Assembly (NCBI GenBank): GCA_000436975.1
Contig: HG000340.1
Location: forward strand, 3,864 to 67,863
DNA length: 64,000 nucleotides
Source: Clostridium sp. CAG:1000
GTDB taxonomy: Bacteria > Bacillota_I > Bacilli_A > RF39 > UBA660
Reading direction: 5' to 3'
Shown: positions 27,263-37,793 of the stretch, in pieces
Layout: every line of letters starts with the position of its first letter
Numbering within the stretch: position 1 is the stretch's first letter
The notes under the pieces: generated by a model
What the model was told of the DNA's origin: nothing
Database searches by the model: none
Seen by the model: the letters and a program-made list of their open reading frames with translations, nothing else
Position numbers and translations under genes: made by a program

Positions 27263-28893
27263 AAAAATTAAAGAAAAATACATTTATACAAGGAACAATA
27301 GTTACATCTGTAATACTAATTATAATTAAATTATTAGGCGCTTTATATGTAATACCTTTTTATAAGATAATAGGTACAAATGGTGGGACTCTTTATAGTT
27401 ATGCATATAATATTTATAATTTATTTTTAAATATTAGTACCGCAGGTATACCAATCGCAATATCTATGATTATAAGTGAGTATCTTGCTCTTAATATGTA
27501 TGATGCCAAAGAACGAGCATATAAAATAGGTAAAAAGATAATTGCATTCTTAGCAATCTTTTCATTCTTAATAGTATTCTTTGGTTCAGAATATATTGCT
27601 AGATTTATAATAAGTGATCTTACTGGTGGTAATAGTATTGAAGATATATCATATGTAATTAAATCAGTATCATTCTGTTTAATAATAATACCATTCTTAA
27701 GTGTATTAAGAGGATATATGCAGGGACATAAATTTATAACACCAACTTCATATTCTCAATTAATAGAACAAATTGTTAGAATAATGGTTGTATTATTGGG
27801 TTCATTTACAGTAATTAAAGTGTTAAATAAATCAGTTACAAGTGGAGTAGGTGTTGCACTTTTAGGCGCATTTATAGGTGGACTTGCTGCTTATATTTAC
27901 TTAAGAATAAAAGTTAAAAATAATAAAAAGGAATTTCCAGTTGCTGATAAAAAAGATCAAGTACCAAATAAAACTATTGCTAAAAAAATATTATCATATT
28001 GTATACCACTTGTAATAATATCTATAGTTGATAATTTATATACTATAGTGGATGTAAAACTTATTATAAAAGGTCTTCATATGATAGGTTATTCTGCGAT
28101 TGAAAGTGAAACAGTATCAGGAATAGTATCAACTTGGGCACCTAAGATATGTACCGTTATAATAGCTATTGCTATATCACTTACTACTAATATAATCCCA
28201 CATGTAACAACAAGCTATATAAGAAAAGAATATGATGAGGTAAATAGAAGATTCAACCAAGCAATATCAACTATGCTAATAATAACTGTTCCTATGGCAT
28301 TATTATTACTAATGTTATCAAATGAAAGTTATTATATTTTTTATGGTAGTAGTAAATATGGTTCACTTGCACTTAAAGTATCTGCTATAAGTCATATATT
28401 CTTTGGAGTATGGACAGTTATAAATACATCTCTTCAAAGTATGAGAAAGTTTAAAATAGTTTATATTAATTCAGTTGCAGGACTGCTTGCTAATGCATTA
28501 CTTGATATACCACTTATTTTATTATTTAATAAAGTAGGTCTTCCTGAATATATTGCAACTATAGTATCAACATGTATTGGTTATTCAATTTCAATATCAA
28601 TCGCATTAATTTATTTAAGAAAAGAAATGCATTTTAGTTATAGAAAAACAGTTAACTTAATGAAAAAATTAATAGTGCCATCTATTGCTATAATAGTTCC
28701 AATATTATTATCTAAAACATTTATTAAGTTTGATTATACATTTATAAGTAGTGCTATTTCATTAATGATACATGGAATATTAGGTGCAATTATATACTTA
28801 ACAATAGTTTATAAAAATAATGCTATAAATGAAACGTTAGGCAATGAATTTATAGATGAAATATTAGTGAAACTAAGACTTAAAAAGGTATAG
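27259..28893 (+). CDS. MOP-superfamily flippase (YtgP/SpoVB/MurJ-like polysaccharide biosynthesis protein)
   Basis: ATGA overlap with the upstream gene. About 14 TM segments. KLLGALYVIPFYKIIG...YSYAYNIYNLFLNISTAGIPIAIS is typical of the family. Confidence 0.75.
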   Translation: MKKLKKNTFIQGTIVTSVILIIIKLLGALYVIPFYKIIGTNGGTLYSYAYNIYNLFLNISTAGIPIAISMIISEYLALNMYDAKERAYKIGKKIIAFLAIFSFLIVFFGSEYIARFIISDLTGGNSIEDISYVIKSVSFCLIIIPFLSVLRGYMQGHKFITPTSYSQLIEQIVRIMVVLLGSFTVIKVLNKSVTSGVGVALLGAFIGGLAAYIYLRIKVKNNKKEFPVADKKDQVPNKTIAKKILSYCIPLVIISIVDNLYTIVDVKLIIKGLHMIGYSAIESETVSGIVSTWAPKICTVIIAIAISLTTNIIPHVTTSYIRKEYDEVNRRFNQAISTMLIITVPMALLLLMLSNESYYIFYGSSKYGSLALKVSAISHIFFGVWTVINTSLQSMRKFKIVYINSVAGLLANALLDIPLILLFNKVGLPEYIATIVSTCIGYSISISIALIYLRKEMHFSYRKTVNLMKKLIVPSIAIIVPILLSKTFIKFDYTFISSAISLMIHGILGAIIYLTIVYKNNAINETLGNEFIDEILVKLRLKKV

Positions 28894-28906
28894 AAATATA
28901 CCTTTT
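28883..28906 (+). terminator. Rho-independent terminator
   Basis: Hairpin aaaaggtata/tatacctttt. Confidence 0.6.
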
Positions 28907-28939
28907 ATTATGGTAAAATTGTATGGAAGAGGGATTTTT

Positions 28940-30223
28940 ATGTTTATAGATGAAGTTAATTTAAAATTAATAGCTGGTAAAGGTGGAGATGGATGTACAT
29001 CTTTCTTAAGAGAAAAATATGTTCCATTAGGTGGACCTGATGGTGGTAATGGTGGAAAAGGTGGAAACATTATCTTTAAGGCAGATAAAGGTCTTAGAAC
29101 ACTAATAGATTTAAGATATAAAAAAGTGTTAAAAGGTGAAAATGGAACTAATGGTAGAGGTAGAAACCAAACAGGTAGTACAGCAGAAGATACTGTTATA
29201 GTGGTTCCAGTTGGAACAACTATTAAAGATACAGATACTAATCTTATAGTGTGTGACTTAGTGCGTGATGGTCAAGAAGCAATTGTTGCTAAAGGTGGAA
29301 GAGGTGGAAAAGGTAATGCTGCTTTTATGACAAATAAAAATAAAGCGCCTTATACTAGTGAACTTGGAGAACCAGGGCAAGAAAGAAACGTTATATGTGA
29401 ACTAAAATTACTAGCAGATGTTGGCCTTATAGGTTTTCCATCAGTAGGCAAAAGTTCTTTAATATCAGTTATTTCAGCGGCTAAACCAAAAATCGCTGAT
29501 TATCATTTTACAACTCTAGTACCAAATCTAGGAGTTGTTAAGTCAGGTGATTATAGTTATGTTGTTGCTGATTTACCAGGCATGATTGAAGGAGCATCTG
29601 AAGGAATTGGTCTTGGAGATAAGTTCTTAAAACATGTATCAAGATGTAAAATAGTATGTCATGTTTTAGATATGGCACAAGTTGATAATAGAGATGTTAT
29701 TGAAGACTATAAAATTATTAGAAAAGAATTAAAGAATTATAGTGAAGCACTTTATAATAAAAGAGAAATAGTTGTTGCTAATAAAATGGACATTGAAACT
29801 GCAAAAGAAAACCTAGAAAGATTTAAAAAAGAATTTAAAGATTTAGAAATAATTGAAGTATCAGCCGCAACACTAGAAGGAACTAAGGAACTAATATTTA
29901 AATTAAAAGAAATACTAGAGTCTATTCCAGATGAAGAAACATATGATAAAAATGAATTTGAAGATTATGTACTTTATGAATTTAAACATGAAAAACCATA
30001 TCAAATTAAAAGAGAAGGCCAAAATAGATGGGTTGTTACTGGTAAAGATTTAGAAAAACTATTAAAAATGACAAGGTTTAATTCAGATGAATCAGCCCTT
30101 AGATTTGCAAGAAAATTAAAAAGTTTAGGGGTAGATGATGAATTAAAAAATCTTGGTGCTAAAGAAGGAGATATTGTTTCAATATTAGATCAAGAGTTTG
30201 AATACGAAGAAAAACTATATTAA
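28940..30223 (+). CDS. obg: GTPase Obg
   Basis: MFIDEVNLKLIAGKGGDGCTSFLREKY, the Gly-rich Obg fold, and G1 GFPSVGKSS. Confidence 0.95.
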   Translation: MFIDEVNLKLIAGKGGDGCTSFLREKYVPLGGPDGGNGGKGGNIIFKADKGLRTLIDLRYKKVLKGENGTNGRGRNQTGSTAEDTVIVVPVGTTIKDTDTNLIVCDLVRDGQEAIVAKGGRGGKGNAAFMTNKNKAPYTSELGEPGQERNVICELKLLADVGLIGFPSVGKSSLISVISAAKPKIADYHFTTLVPNLGVVKSGDYSYVVADLPGMIEGASEGIGLGDKFLKHVSRCKIVCHVLDMAQVDNRDVIEDYKIIRKELKNYSEALYNKREIVVANKMDIETAKENLERFKKEFKDLEIIEVSAATLEGTKELIFKLKEILESIPDEETYDKNEFEDYVLYEFKHEKPYQIKREGQNRWVVTGKDLEKLLKMTRFNSDESALRFARKLKSLGVDDELKNLGAKEGDIVSILDQEFEYEEKLY

Positions 30224-30225
30224 AA

Positions 30226-30251
30226 AACACTTAAAATACTTAAGTGTTTTT
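30226..30251 (+). terminator. Rho-independent terminator after obg
   Basis: Hairpin aacacttaa/ttaagtgtt followed by a T-run. Confidence 0.7.
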
Positions 30252-30394
30252 AGTTTGTAAAAAATCTTATAATATCTTTTTAATATTAGATTAAAATAAA
30301 AAATCACCTAACTCAGTAATGATTTAGGTGAAACCAACAACATTCTTTATTTGTCAAAATAGTTAAATTATAGTAAAATAATTAATAGGTGGAT

Positions 30395-32968
30395 ATGATG
30401 AAAAAAAGAGCAATACTAGTAGATGGAAATAATTTGTTATTTAGAAGTTATTATGCTACTGCATACAATGGAAACTTAATGAGAAATTCTAAAGGTCTTC
30501 CAACTAATGCGTTATATGGATTTATAAATATGATAAATAAAATTATTAATGAAGAAAATCCAGAATATATGATGATAGCATTTGATAAAGGACATAATTT
30601 CAGACAAGATATGTATGATAACTATAAAGATGGAAGAATTGAAACACCAGAAGATTTAAAAATACAATTTCCAATAGCAAAAGAAATATGTACTCTTATG
30701 GGTATTAAATATATTGAATGTGATAATTATGAAGCAGATGATATTATAGGAACATTTGCAAGAATGGCAGATGAAGATAAAAATTATAATGCGACCATTA
30801 TAAGTAGTGATAAAGATCTATTACAATTGATAAGTGATGAAGTTAATGTTAAATTATTAAAACAAAAAGATTATATACTTATGGATAAAAAAACATTCTT
30901 TGATACTTATGGTGTAGAACCAATTAAAATGATTGATTTAAAATCATTGATGGGAGATTCTTCTGACAATATACCTGGTGTTAAAGGCATTGGTGAAAAA
31001 ACAGCAATTAATTTAATACAAAAGTATGGTTCATTAGATGGCGTATATAATAATATAGATAATATAACTGGTAAACTTAAAGAAAAATTATTAAATGATA
31101 AAGACAATGCATATTTTTCATATAAACTAGCAACAATATATAAAACAATTAACTTTGAATATACATTTGAAAGTATTAAATATAATGGTCCTGATATCAA
31201 TAAATTAATAGATAAATATAAAGAACTAGAATTTAATTCGTTTTTGAAGAGTATATCTAAAATACCATCAAAACAAGAAGATAATAAAATAGAAATAGTT
31301 AAAGGTAAGATAGAAATAAATGGTAAATATAGTTTCTATTTAGAACTTGATAATACTAATTATCATATTTCTAATATAATAGGTGGCTCTATATATGATG
31401 GTAAAACATTATATTACTTAGATTTGCCAAGTATATTACTAAATAAAGATTTGTTAAAGAATGTTAGTGTAACTTTCGATCTTAAAAAGAATATAGTAGC
31501 ATTAAATAAATATAATATTGATGTCTCTTCATCATTTGATACATTAATCGCATCTTATTTACTTGAAATTAATGTTAAAGATGATGTGTCATACTTAGCA
31601 ACTACTTATGGAATAGATATTCCTTATTATGAAAAAATAATTAATAAAAAAATACCGCTTAGTGAAGATGAAATAATAAACACTATTACAAGTAAAGCAA
31701 AATTCTTATATGATACATATGAAGAATATAATAATAAATTAAAAGAAGAAGAAATGAATGATTTATATTATAATATAGAACATCCATTAATTTATGTTCT
31801 TGCTAATATGGAAATAAATGGTATAACAGTTAAAACAAATATAATAGATGACTTAAAAAAAGACATAAAAAATAAAATAGAAATTTTAACTCATAAAATA
31901 TATGATGAAGCAGGAGTTGAGTTTAATATATCATCTCCAAAGCAACTAGCAGATGTCCTTTATAATAAAGTAATGATACCAAGAGGTAAAGGTAAACAGG
32001 CAATGTCTACTGCTCATGATGTTCTTGTTAAATATGAAGCACATTATCCAATAATTAAAGATATTTTAGAATATAGAAATTTATCTAAATTATATTCTAC
32101 ATACTTAGATACATTTAATAATTATGTTAGAAACGATGGTAAGATACATACTATATATAAACAAACTGGTACTAGAACAGGAAGATTATCATCAGTAGAT
32201 CCTAATTTACAAAATATACCTGTCAGAAATGAAGAAGGTAAAAAGATTAGAAAAGCTTTTGTGGCAAATGAAAATTGTGTTTTATTATCAAGTGATTACT
32301 CTCAAATAGAACTTAGGATACTAGCACATATAACTGACTGTGAAAGTTTAAAAAAAGCATTTAATAATAATGAAGATATACATACTCATGTTGCTAGCGA
32401 TATATTTAATGTTCTAGAAAAAGATGTTACTAAAGATATGAGAAGAACTGCTAAAGCAGTAATATTTGGTATAGTGTATGGTATTAGTGGATTTGGTCTT
32501 GGAGAAAACCTAGATATAACAGCAAAAGAAGCAAAAACATATATAGATAAATATTTAGAATTATATCCAGAAGTTAATAAATATATGAAAGATATAGTTG
32601 AAAAAACAAGGAGTCTTGGATATGTTAGAACACTATTTAATAGAAAAAGAATAATAGAAGAAATAAAGAATACTAATTATTTAATAAGATCTATGGGTGA
32701 TAGGATGGCACTTAATACACCAATACAAGGAACTAGTGCTGATATATTAAAAATGGCAATGATAAAGATTGATAGTGAACTTAAAAAAAATAATTATAAA
32801 ACAAAAATGTTATTACAAGTTCACGATGAATTAATATTTGAAGTTCCAAATGAAGAACTTGAAAGTATTAAGGAACTTGTAAGAAATATTATGGAAGGTA
32901 TTTATAAGCTATCAGTGCCATTAAAAGTAGAAATAGAATATGGTAAAGATTGGTATGATGCTAAATAG
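30395..32968 (+). CDS. polA: DNA polymerase I
   Basis: 5' nuclease domain (ILVDGNNLLFRSYYA, GVKGIGEKTA) and polymerase motifs (DYSQIELR, QVHDEL). Confidence 0.95.
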   Translation: MMKKRAILVDGNNLLFRSYYATAYNGNLMRNSKGLPTNALYGFINMINKIINEENPEYMMIAFDKGHNFRQDMYDNYKDGRIETPEDLKIQFPIAKEICTLMGIKYIECDNYEADDIIGTFARMADEDKNYNATIISSDKDLLQLISDEVNVKLLKQKDYILMDKKTFFDTYGVEPIKMIDLKSLMGDSSDNIPGVKGIGEKTAINLIQKYGSLDGVYNNIDNITGKLKEKLLNDKDNAYFSYKLATIYKTINFEYTFESIKYNGPDINKLIDKYKELEFNSFLKSISKIPSKQEDNKIEIVKGKIEINGKYSFYLELDNTNYHISNIIGGSIYDGKTLYYLDLPSILLNKDLLKNVSVTFDLKKNIVALNKYNIDVSSSFDTLIASYLLEINVKDDVSYLATTYGIDIPYYEKIINKKIPLSEDEIINTITSKAKFLYDTYEEYNNKLKEEEMNDLYYNIEHPLIYVLANMEINGITVKTNIIDDLKKDIKNKIEILTHKIYDEAGVEFNISSPKQLADVLYNKVMIPRGKGKQAMSTAHDVLVKYEAHYPIIKDILEYRNLSKLYSTYLDTFNNYVRNDGKIHTIYKQTGTRTGRLSSVDPNLQNIPVRNEEGKKIRKAFVANENCVLLSSDYSQIELRILAHITDCESLKKAFNNNEDIHTHVASDIFNVLEKDVTKDMRRTAKAVIFGIVYGISGFGLGENLDITAKEAKTYIDKYLELYPEVNKYMKDIVEKTRSLGYVRTLFNRKRIIEEIKNTNYLIRSMGDRMALNTPIQGTSADILKMAMIKIDSELKKNNYKTKMLLQVHDELIFEVPNEELESIKELVRNIMEGIYKLSVPLKVEIEYGKDWYDAK

Positions 32969-33113
32969 AGAGAAATCTCTATTTTTTATTATAAAGTATA
33001 TGTAAAAAAATAATAATTGATTTGAAAATAATTTAATAATTTAAAATTACTTATTGATAGGTGAGTGTTTCTGTGTTAAAATTAATATAGATGACTATAA
33101 GGAGGGATTGTTA

Positions 33114-33500
33114 ATGGCTTTAAAGGGATTAAGTGATATATTTAAACCTGAGGATAGTGATATTGAAGAATATGAAGAAAAAGAAACTTCAAAGGGAAGT
33201 AAAGGATATAAAAATAAAACAATTTTAGTTGAACCAAGAGCATTTTCTGAGGCACAACAAATTGCTGATTATTTAAAGGAACAAAATCAAGTTGTTGTAA
33301 ACTTTAAGAGAGTTACATCAGATGTATCTAAAAGAATTATGGATTTTTTAAATGGTATTATCTATGCGATTGAAGGAAGTATGCAAAAGCTTGGCCCTGG
33401 CATTGTTATTTGTGCTCCTAAGGGATTTGAAATTGAAGGAACAATAACAGAAGATGAAAGAAAAAAGAGCACTAAAAAAGATGATTTAGGAGAATGGTAG
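33114..33500 (+). CDS. sepF: Cell division protein SepF
   Basis: AAGGAGGG RBS before the ATG at 33114. EPRAFSEAQQIADYLKEQNQVVVNF...AIEGSMQKLGPGIVICAP is present. Confidence 0.85.
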   Translation: MALKGLSDIFKPEDSDIEEYEEKETSKGSKGYKNKTILVEPRAFSEAQQIADYLKEQNQVVVNFKRVTSDVSKRIMDFLNGIIYAIEGSMQKLGPGIVICAPKGFEIEGTITEDERKKSTKKDDLGEW

Positions 33501-33525
33501 AATAAAATATATTTAGAGGTGAAGC

Positions 33526-33975
33526 ATGAAAAAGTTCGATGTGGTTTTTCGTGGTTATGATAAAGATCAAGTACATAAGTGCTTAGACGATATTATTAGA
33601 AATTACGAACTCTTACTTAAAAAGAGTCAAAAAACTGAAGAAAATAATAAAAAATTAACTGAACAGCTTCTTCATTATCAAAAAATTGAAGAAACTATGA
33701 ATAGAGCAATATATACAGCTGAAAGTGCAGGAGATCAAATTAAAAGTTCTGCTCGTAAAGAAGCAGAATCTCTTGTTAATGAAGCTAGGCGTAACGCTAG
33801 TAGAATTATAAATGATGCTTTATTAAAAGCAGAAAAAGCTCAAAATCGTGCTGACATGCTTAAGAGAAATACCAATGTCCTAAAAAGAAGATTAAGACAA
33901 ATTATTGAAAATCAACTTGAAGTTATTGAAGAAATGGATAGAGTTGACTTTGATAGATATGATGATAAGTATTAG
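33526..33975 (+). CDS. DivIVA domain protein
   Basis: KKFDVVFRGYDKDQVHKCLDDI N-terminal DivIVA motif, then a coiled coil. Confidence 0.8.
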   Translation: MKKFDVVFRGYDKDQVHKCLDDIIRNYELLLKKSQKTEENNKKLTEQLLHYQKIEETMNRAIYTAESAGDQIKSSARKEAESLVNEARRNASRIINDALLKAEKAQNRADMLKRNTNVLKRRLRQIIENQLEVIEEMDRVDFDRYDDKY

Positions 33976-34085
33976 AATATGAATTTAATAAAACTATTGA
34001 TGAGAAAAATCAGTAGTTTTTTAATTTGTAAAGATAGAATAACTATATAAAGAGAAAATCTTTATTTTTTTTTGTAAAAAAAAGA

Positions 34086-34122
34086 AGTGTTTTTTATTTT
34101 TATAGCTAATTATTATAATAGA
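34086..34122 (+). repeat. Copy A of a 37-nt promoter-region repeat (36/37 identical to 46392-46428)
   Basis: agtgttttttatttttatagctaattattataatag here, against agtgttttttctttttatagctaattattataatag at the other site. Confidence 0.9.
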
Positions 34123-34150
34123 GGGATAACCTCTAGAAGGAAGGAAAAAT

Positions 34151-34848
34151 ATGAATGAATTAAAAGAATATACAGAAAGACTATTTGAAGATATAAAACA
34201 TATCGATGAAAATGGAAGCGAATTTTGGTATGCTCGTGAATTACAAAAAGTTTTAGATTATAAAAAATGGGAGAGATTTTCTAATGTGATCAAAAATGCT
34301 ATGATGGCTTGCAAACAAAGCGATTGCAATGTTTCGGATCATTTTCCCGGAGCCGGGAAAATGATAAAACTAGGGAAAGGTGGAAATAGAAATGTTATAG
34401 ATTATAAGTTATCACGTTATGCTTGTTATTTAATCGCACAAAATGGTGACTCTAGAAAGAAAGTAATAGCACTCGCTCAAACTTATTTTGCAATACAAAC
34501 AAGGCGTCAAGAACTAAGTGAAAAAGGGTATAATACTCTTACTGAAGATGAAAAAAGATTATATCAAAGAAACCTAACAAGAAAAGGAAACTATTCATTA
34601 AACATCGCTGCTAGAAATGCAGGAGTTAAGAATTTTGATAAGTTTCATAATAGTGGATATAAAGGCCTAAAAACGTGAGAAACAACAAATGATATTATTA
34701 AAAGAAAAGGACTTAGATATAGGGAAGATATACTTGATAATATGGGTAGTGAAGAACTTCAGCAAATCTTTTTCGTATTACTCAAACAGAATCGAAACTT
34801 AAGAAAGATAAAACAAGACTAGAGAAAGTTATTTCTAATTTCAACTAA
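34151..34848 (+). pseudogene. dinD: DNA-damage-inducible protein D (DinD) pseudogene
   Basis: FWYARELQKVLDYKKWERF...YKLSRYACYLIAQNGD is DinD-like. There is an in-frame TGA at 34676-34678. Homology (ETTNDIIKRKGL...DNMGSEEL) continues in frame, then shifts frame near 34760 (ANLFRITQTESKL) and ends at 34848. Confidence 0.7.
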
Positions 34849-34918
34849 CTATTATATTAAGTGGTCTTTCCTACTTTTTCTTTTTAACTAAATATTGTAT
34901 AATAAAACTGAGGTATTT

Positions 34919-37792
34919 ATGAAGTATATTCCACTTAATGTAAAAACTGAATATGATCTTATGAATAGTCTAATTAAAATAGATGAACTCATTTTATATG
35001 CCAAAAAGTTTAATATTAGTAGTGTAGGTATAACTGATGAGAATATGTTTGGTACGATGGAGTTTATTAATAAATGCAAAGATAGTCAAATTAAACCAAT
35101 CATAGGAATAGAGGTATTTATAAATGATATTAATTTTCTCTTATATGCTAAAAACTACAATGGATATATTTCATTATGTGAGATAGTTACAATTAAAAAT
35201 ATAGAAAATTTAAGTTTTAATAGAATTAAAAACTATAATGATATTATATGTGTATGTAATTACAAAAATTATTTAAAATTAAAAGAATATTTTGATGAAA
35301 TATATATTGGATATAGAGATAAGAATGAAAAAACCGAATCAATTAAATTAAGTAAATCTATAGTATATATTCCATGTATTAGATATTTCAATGTTGAAGA
35401 TAAAGAGTATTTTAAATATATTAGATTAATAGAAGAAGGTAAAACAGTTGATGATGAAGTTAATGTTAGTGATGAATATATTAAAGATAATTATGATGAA
35501 TCTGATATTAAAACCACTATTGAGTTTTCAAAACTAATTGATATTGAGTTACCTAAACGAGAAGTACATATACCTAAGTATAAAGAAAATTCAACTGAAT
35601 TTTTAAGAGCATTATCTAAAAAAGGACTAGATAAAAGACTTAATGGAAACGTCCCGCTTGCATATAAAAATAGATTAATGTATGAGTTATCTGTTATTGA
35701 GAAAATGAACTTTGTTGATTATTTTCTTATTGTATATGACTTTGTATTATTTGCTAAGAAAAGTGGTATAAGAGTTGGACCAGGTAGAGGTAGTGGTGCG
35801 GCTTCTCTTGTTAATTATTCTCTTGGTATTATTAATATTGATCCATTAAAATATGATTTAATATTTGAAAGATTTTTAAATCCAGATAGAGTTACTATGC
35901 CTGATATAGATATTGATTTTGATAATATGAGAAGAGAAGAAGTAATAGACTATGTATCTAATAAATATGGAAAATATAATACAGCAAGAATAATATCATT
36001 TAATACAATGCTTCCTAAGCAAATTATTAGAGATACAGCAAGAGTTATGAATATTGACATAAGAGTGGTAGATAATATTTGTAAAACTATTAAGGATGAA
36101 AAAACATTTGATGAATTAAAAAATAATAAAGAATTTATAAATGTTATTAATAGAAGTACTATTGTAAAAAAATTAATAAATATATGTAATAGACTTTGTG
36201 GATTAAAAAAGAATACTGCGATGCATGCAGCTGGTGTTGTTATAAGTGATGAGAAACTTACTAATATTATGCCTTTATATAAAAATAATGATGTTATACT
36301 TACATGTTATAGTATGGAATATATAGAAAGTTTAGGACTACTTAAAATGGACTTTTTATCAATTAAAAATTTAAATACTATATCAAATATACTTAATGAC
36401 ATTGGTGGTAATATTGATATAGATAATATACCACTTGATGATACAAAAACATTAAATTTATTTAAGAATGCTTACACATCAGGTATATTTCAATTTGAAA
36501 GTAGTGGTATGAGAAGTTTTTTAAAACAATTAAGCGTAGATAATTTTAATACTTTAGTAGACGCGATAGCCTTATATAGACCTGGCCCTCGTGATAATAT
36601 AGATGAGTATATTAAAAGAAAGAAAGGTATTAAAAAAGTAGATTATTTAGTTAAAGAATTAGAGCCAATATTGAAAAGTACTTATGGAATAATTATATAT
36701 CAAGAACAAGTATTAGAAATATTAAGAACTATAGGTGGGTTTAGTTATTCACAAGCAGATAATATAAGAAGAGCAATGTCTAAAAAGAAATATGATTTAA
36801 TACTAAAAGAAAAAGATAAGATAATTAATGGTGTTATAAATAAAGGATATGATAAGAATGTTGCTACTAAACTATATGATTTAATAGTTAAATTTTCTTC
36901 ATATGGCTTTAATAAATCACACTCAGTAGTTTATTCTAAAGTAGCATATCAAATGGCATATTTAAAGAGTCATTATACTAAGTATTTTATGAAAAACTTA
37001 CTTAATATGAATAAAGGTTCAGAGAAACTAAAAGAATATATGGATGAGGCTAAAATACTTGGACTTTTATTTAGTAAAGTAGATATAAATAAATCAGGAA
37101 AAGAATTTATAATAGAAGATAATAATCTTGTAATACCATTTACTATTATCAATAGTATTGCTTTTTCAGTAAGCGATGAGATAATTAATGAAAGAAATAA
37201 AGGATTATTTAAATCATTTTATGACTTTATGATAAGATGTTATGGTAAAAGCATTAATAAAAGAGTGGTTGTTTCTTTAATAGAATGTGGTGCTTTTGAT
37301 AAATTTAATATAAATAAAAAGAATTATATTGATAATATAGATGAAGTATTAAATTATGTAAGTTTATGTAAAGATTTAAATATGGTGCTTGATAGTGAAC
37401 CAGTATTTGAGAGTACTAGTGATTACAGTGATAAGGAGTTGATAGAACTTGAAATAAAGAATTATGGATTTTATTTATCTCATCATCCGATTACTAAATA
37501 TGATAGAACTTCATATATAACACTTGAAAACTACAAAAAGTATTTTAATAGAGTTATTACTTGCCTGTTGTATGTTGAAAGCATTAAAAATATTAAAACT
37601 AAAAATAATGATAAGATGGCATTTATTAAATTCAGTGATGAATATGCAACAGTAGAAGGAGTATTATTTCCTAGTGTTTATTTAAAAGTAGGCGATGTTA
37701 GTAGAAATAATATTTATAAAGTAAATGCTAAAGTAGAAAGAAGGGAGAATATTTATCAATTAATAATTTATAATATGATAAGAATAGATTAA
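34919..37792 (+). CDS. dnaE: DNA polymerase III alpha subunit, DnaE type
   Basis: GAGG RBS. PHP domain (GITDENMFG), GPGRGSGAASLV and RVTMPDIDIDF are present. Confidence 0.95.
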   Translation: MKYIPLNVKTEYDLMNSLIKIDELILYAKKFNISSVGITDENMFGTMEFINKCKDSQIKPIIGIEVFINDINFLLYAKNYNGYISLCEIVTIKNIENLSFNRIKNYNDIICVCNYKNYLKLKEYFDEIYIGYRDKNEKTESIKLSKSIVYIPCIRYFNVEDKEYFKYIRLIEEGKTVDDEVNVSDEYIKDNYDESDIKTTIEFSKLIDIELPKREVHIPKYKENSTEFLRALSKKGLDKRLNGNVPLAYKNRLMYELSVIEKMNFVDYFLIVYDFVLFAKKSGIRVGPGRGSGAASLVNYSLGIINIDPLKYDLIFERFLNPDRVTMPDIDIDFDNMRREEVIDYVSNKYGKYNTARIISFNTMLPKQIIRDTARVMNIDIRVVDNICKTIKDEKTFDELKNNKEFINVINRSTIVKKLINICNRLCGLKKNTAMHAAGVVISDEKLTNIMPLYKNNDVILTCYSMEYIESLGLLKMDFLSIKNLNTISNILNDIGGNIDIDNIPLDDTKTLNLFKNAYTSGIFQFESSGMRSFLKQLSVDNFNTLVDAIALYRPGPRDNIDEYIKRKKGIKKVDYLVKELEPILKSTYGIIIYQEQVLEILRTIGGFSYSQADNIRRAMSKKKYDLILKEKDKIINGVINKGYDKNVATKLYDLIVKFSSYGFNKSHSVVYSKVAYQMAYLKSHYTKYFMKNLLNMNKGSEKLKEYMDEAKILGLLFSKVDINKSGKEFIIEDNNLVIPFTIINSIAFSVSDEIINERNKGLFKSFYDFMIRCYGKSINKRVVVSLIECGAFDKFNINKKNYIDNIDEVLNYVSLCKDLNMVLDSEPVFESTSDYSDKELIELEIKNYGFYLSHHPITKYDRTSYITLENYKKYFNRVITCLLYVESIKNIKTKNNDKMAFIKFSDEYATVEGVLFPSVYLKVGDVSRNNIYKVNAKVERRENIYQLIIYNMIRID

Positions 37793-37793
37793 T

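Noticed and set aside
30301-30332. Strong hairpin tcacctaa...ttaggtga preceded by an A-run. It would be a minus-strand terminator or a small RNA.
   Set aside because: No minus-strand gene or promoter lies to its right, since polA and its promoter are on the + strand. It is probably part of a bidirectional terminator region after obg.
34342-34361. Perfect 9-bp palindrome ttttcccgg-ag-ccgggaaaa inside the dinD pseudogene.
   Set aside because: It lies in a conserved coding stretch (HFPGAGKM), its loop is only 2 nt, and nothing else supports a regulatory role.
34676-34678. The in-frame TGA in dinD, and the in-frame TAA at 24101-24103, might signal a non-standard genetic code (UGA = Trp) or stop-codon readthrough.
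   Set aside because: Every long housekeeping ORF in the window is intact under the standard bacterial code, and Trp is encoded by TGG throughout. dinD also carries a frameshift. Simple gene decay is the better explanation.
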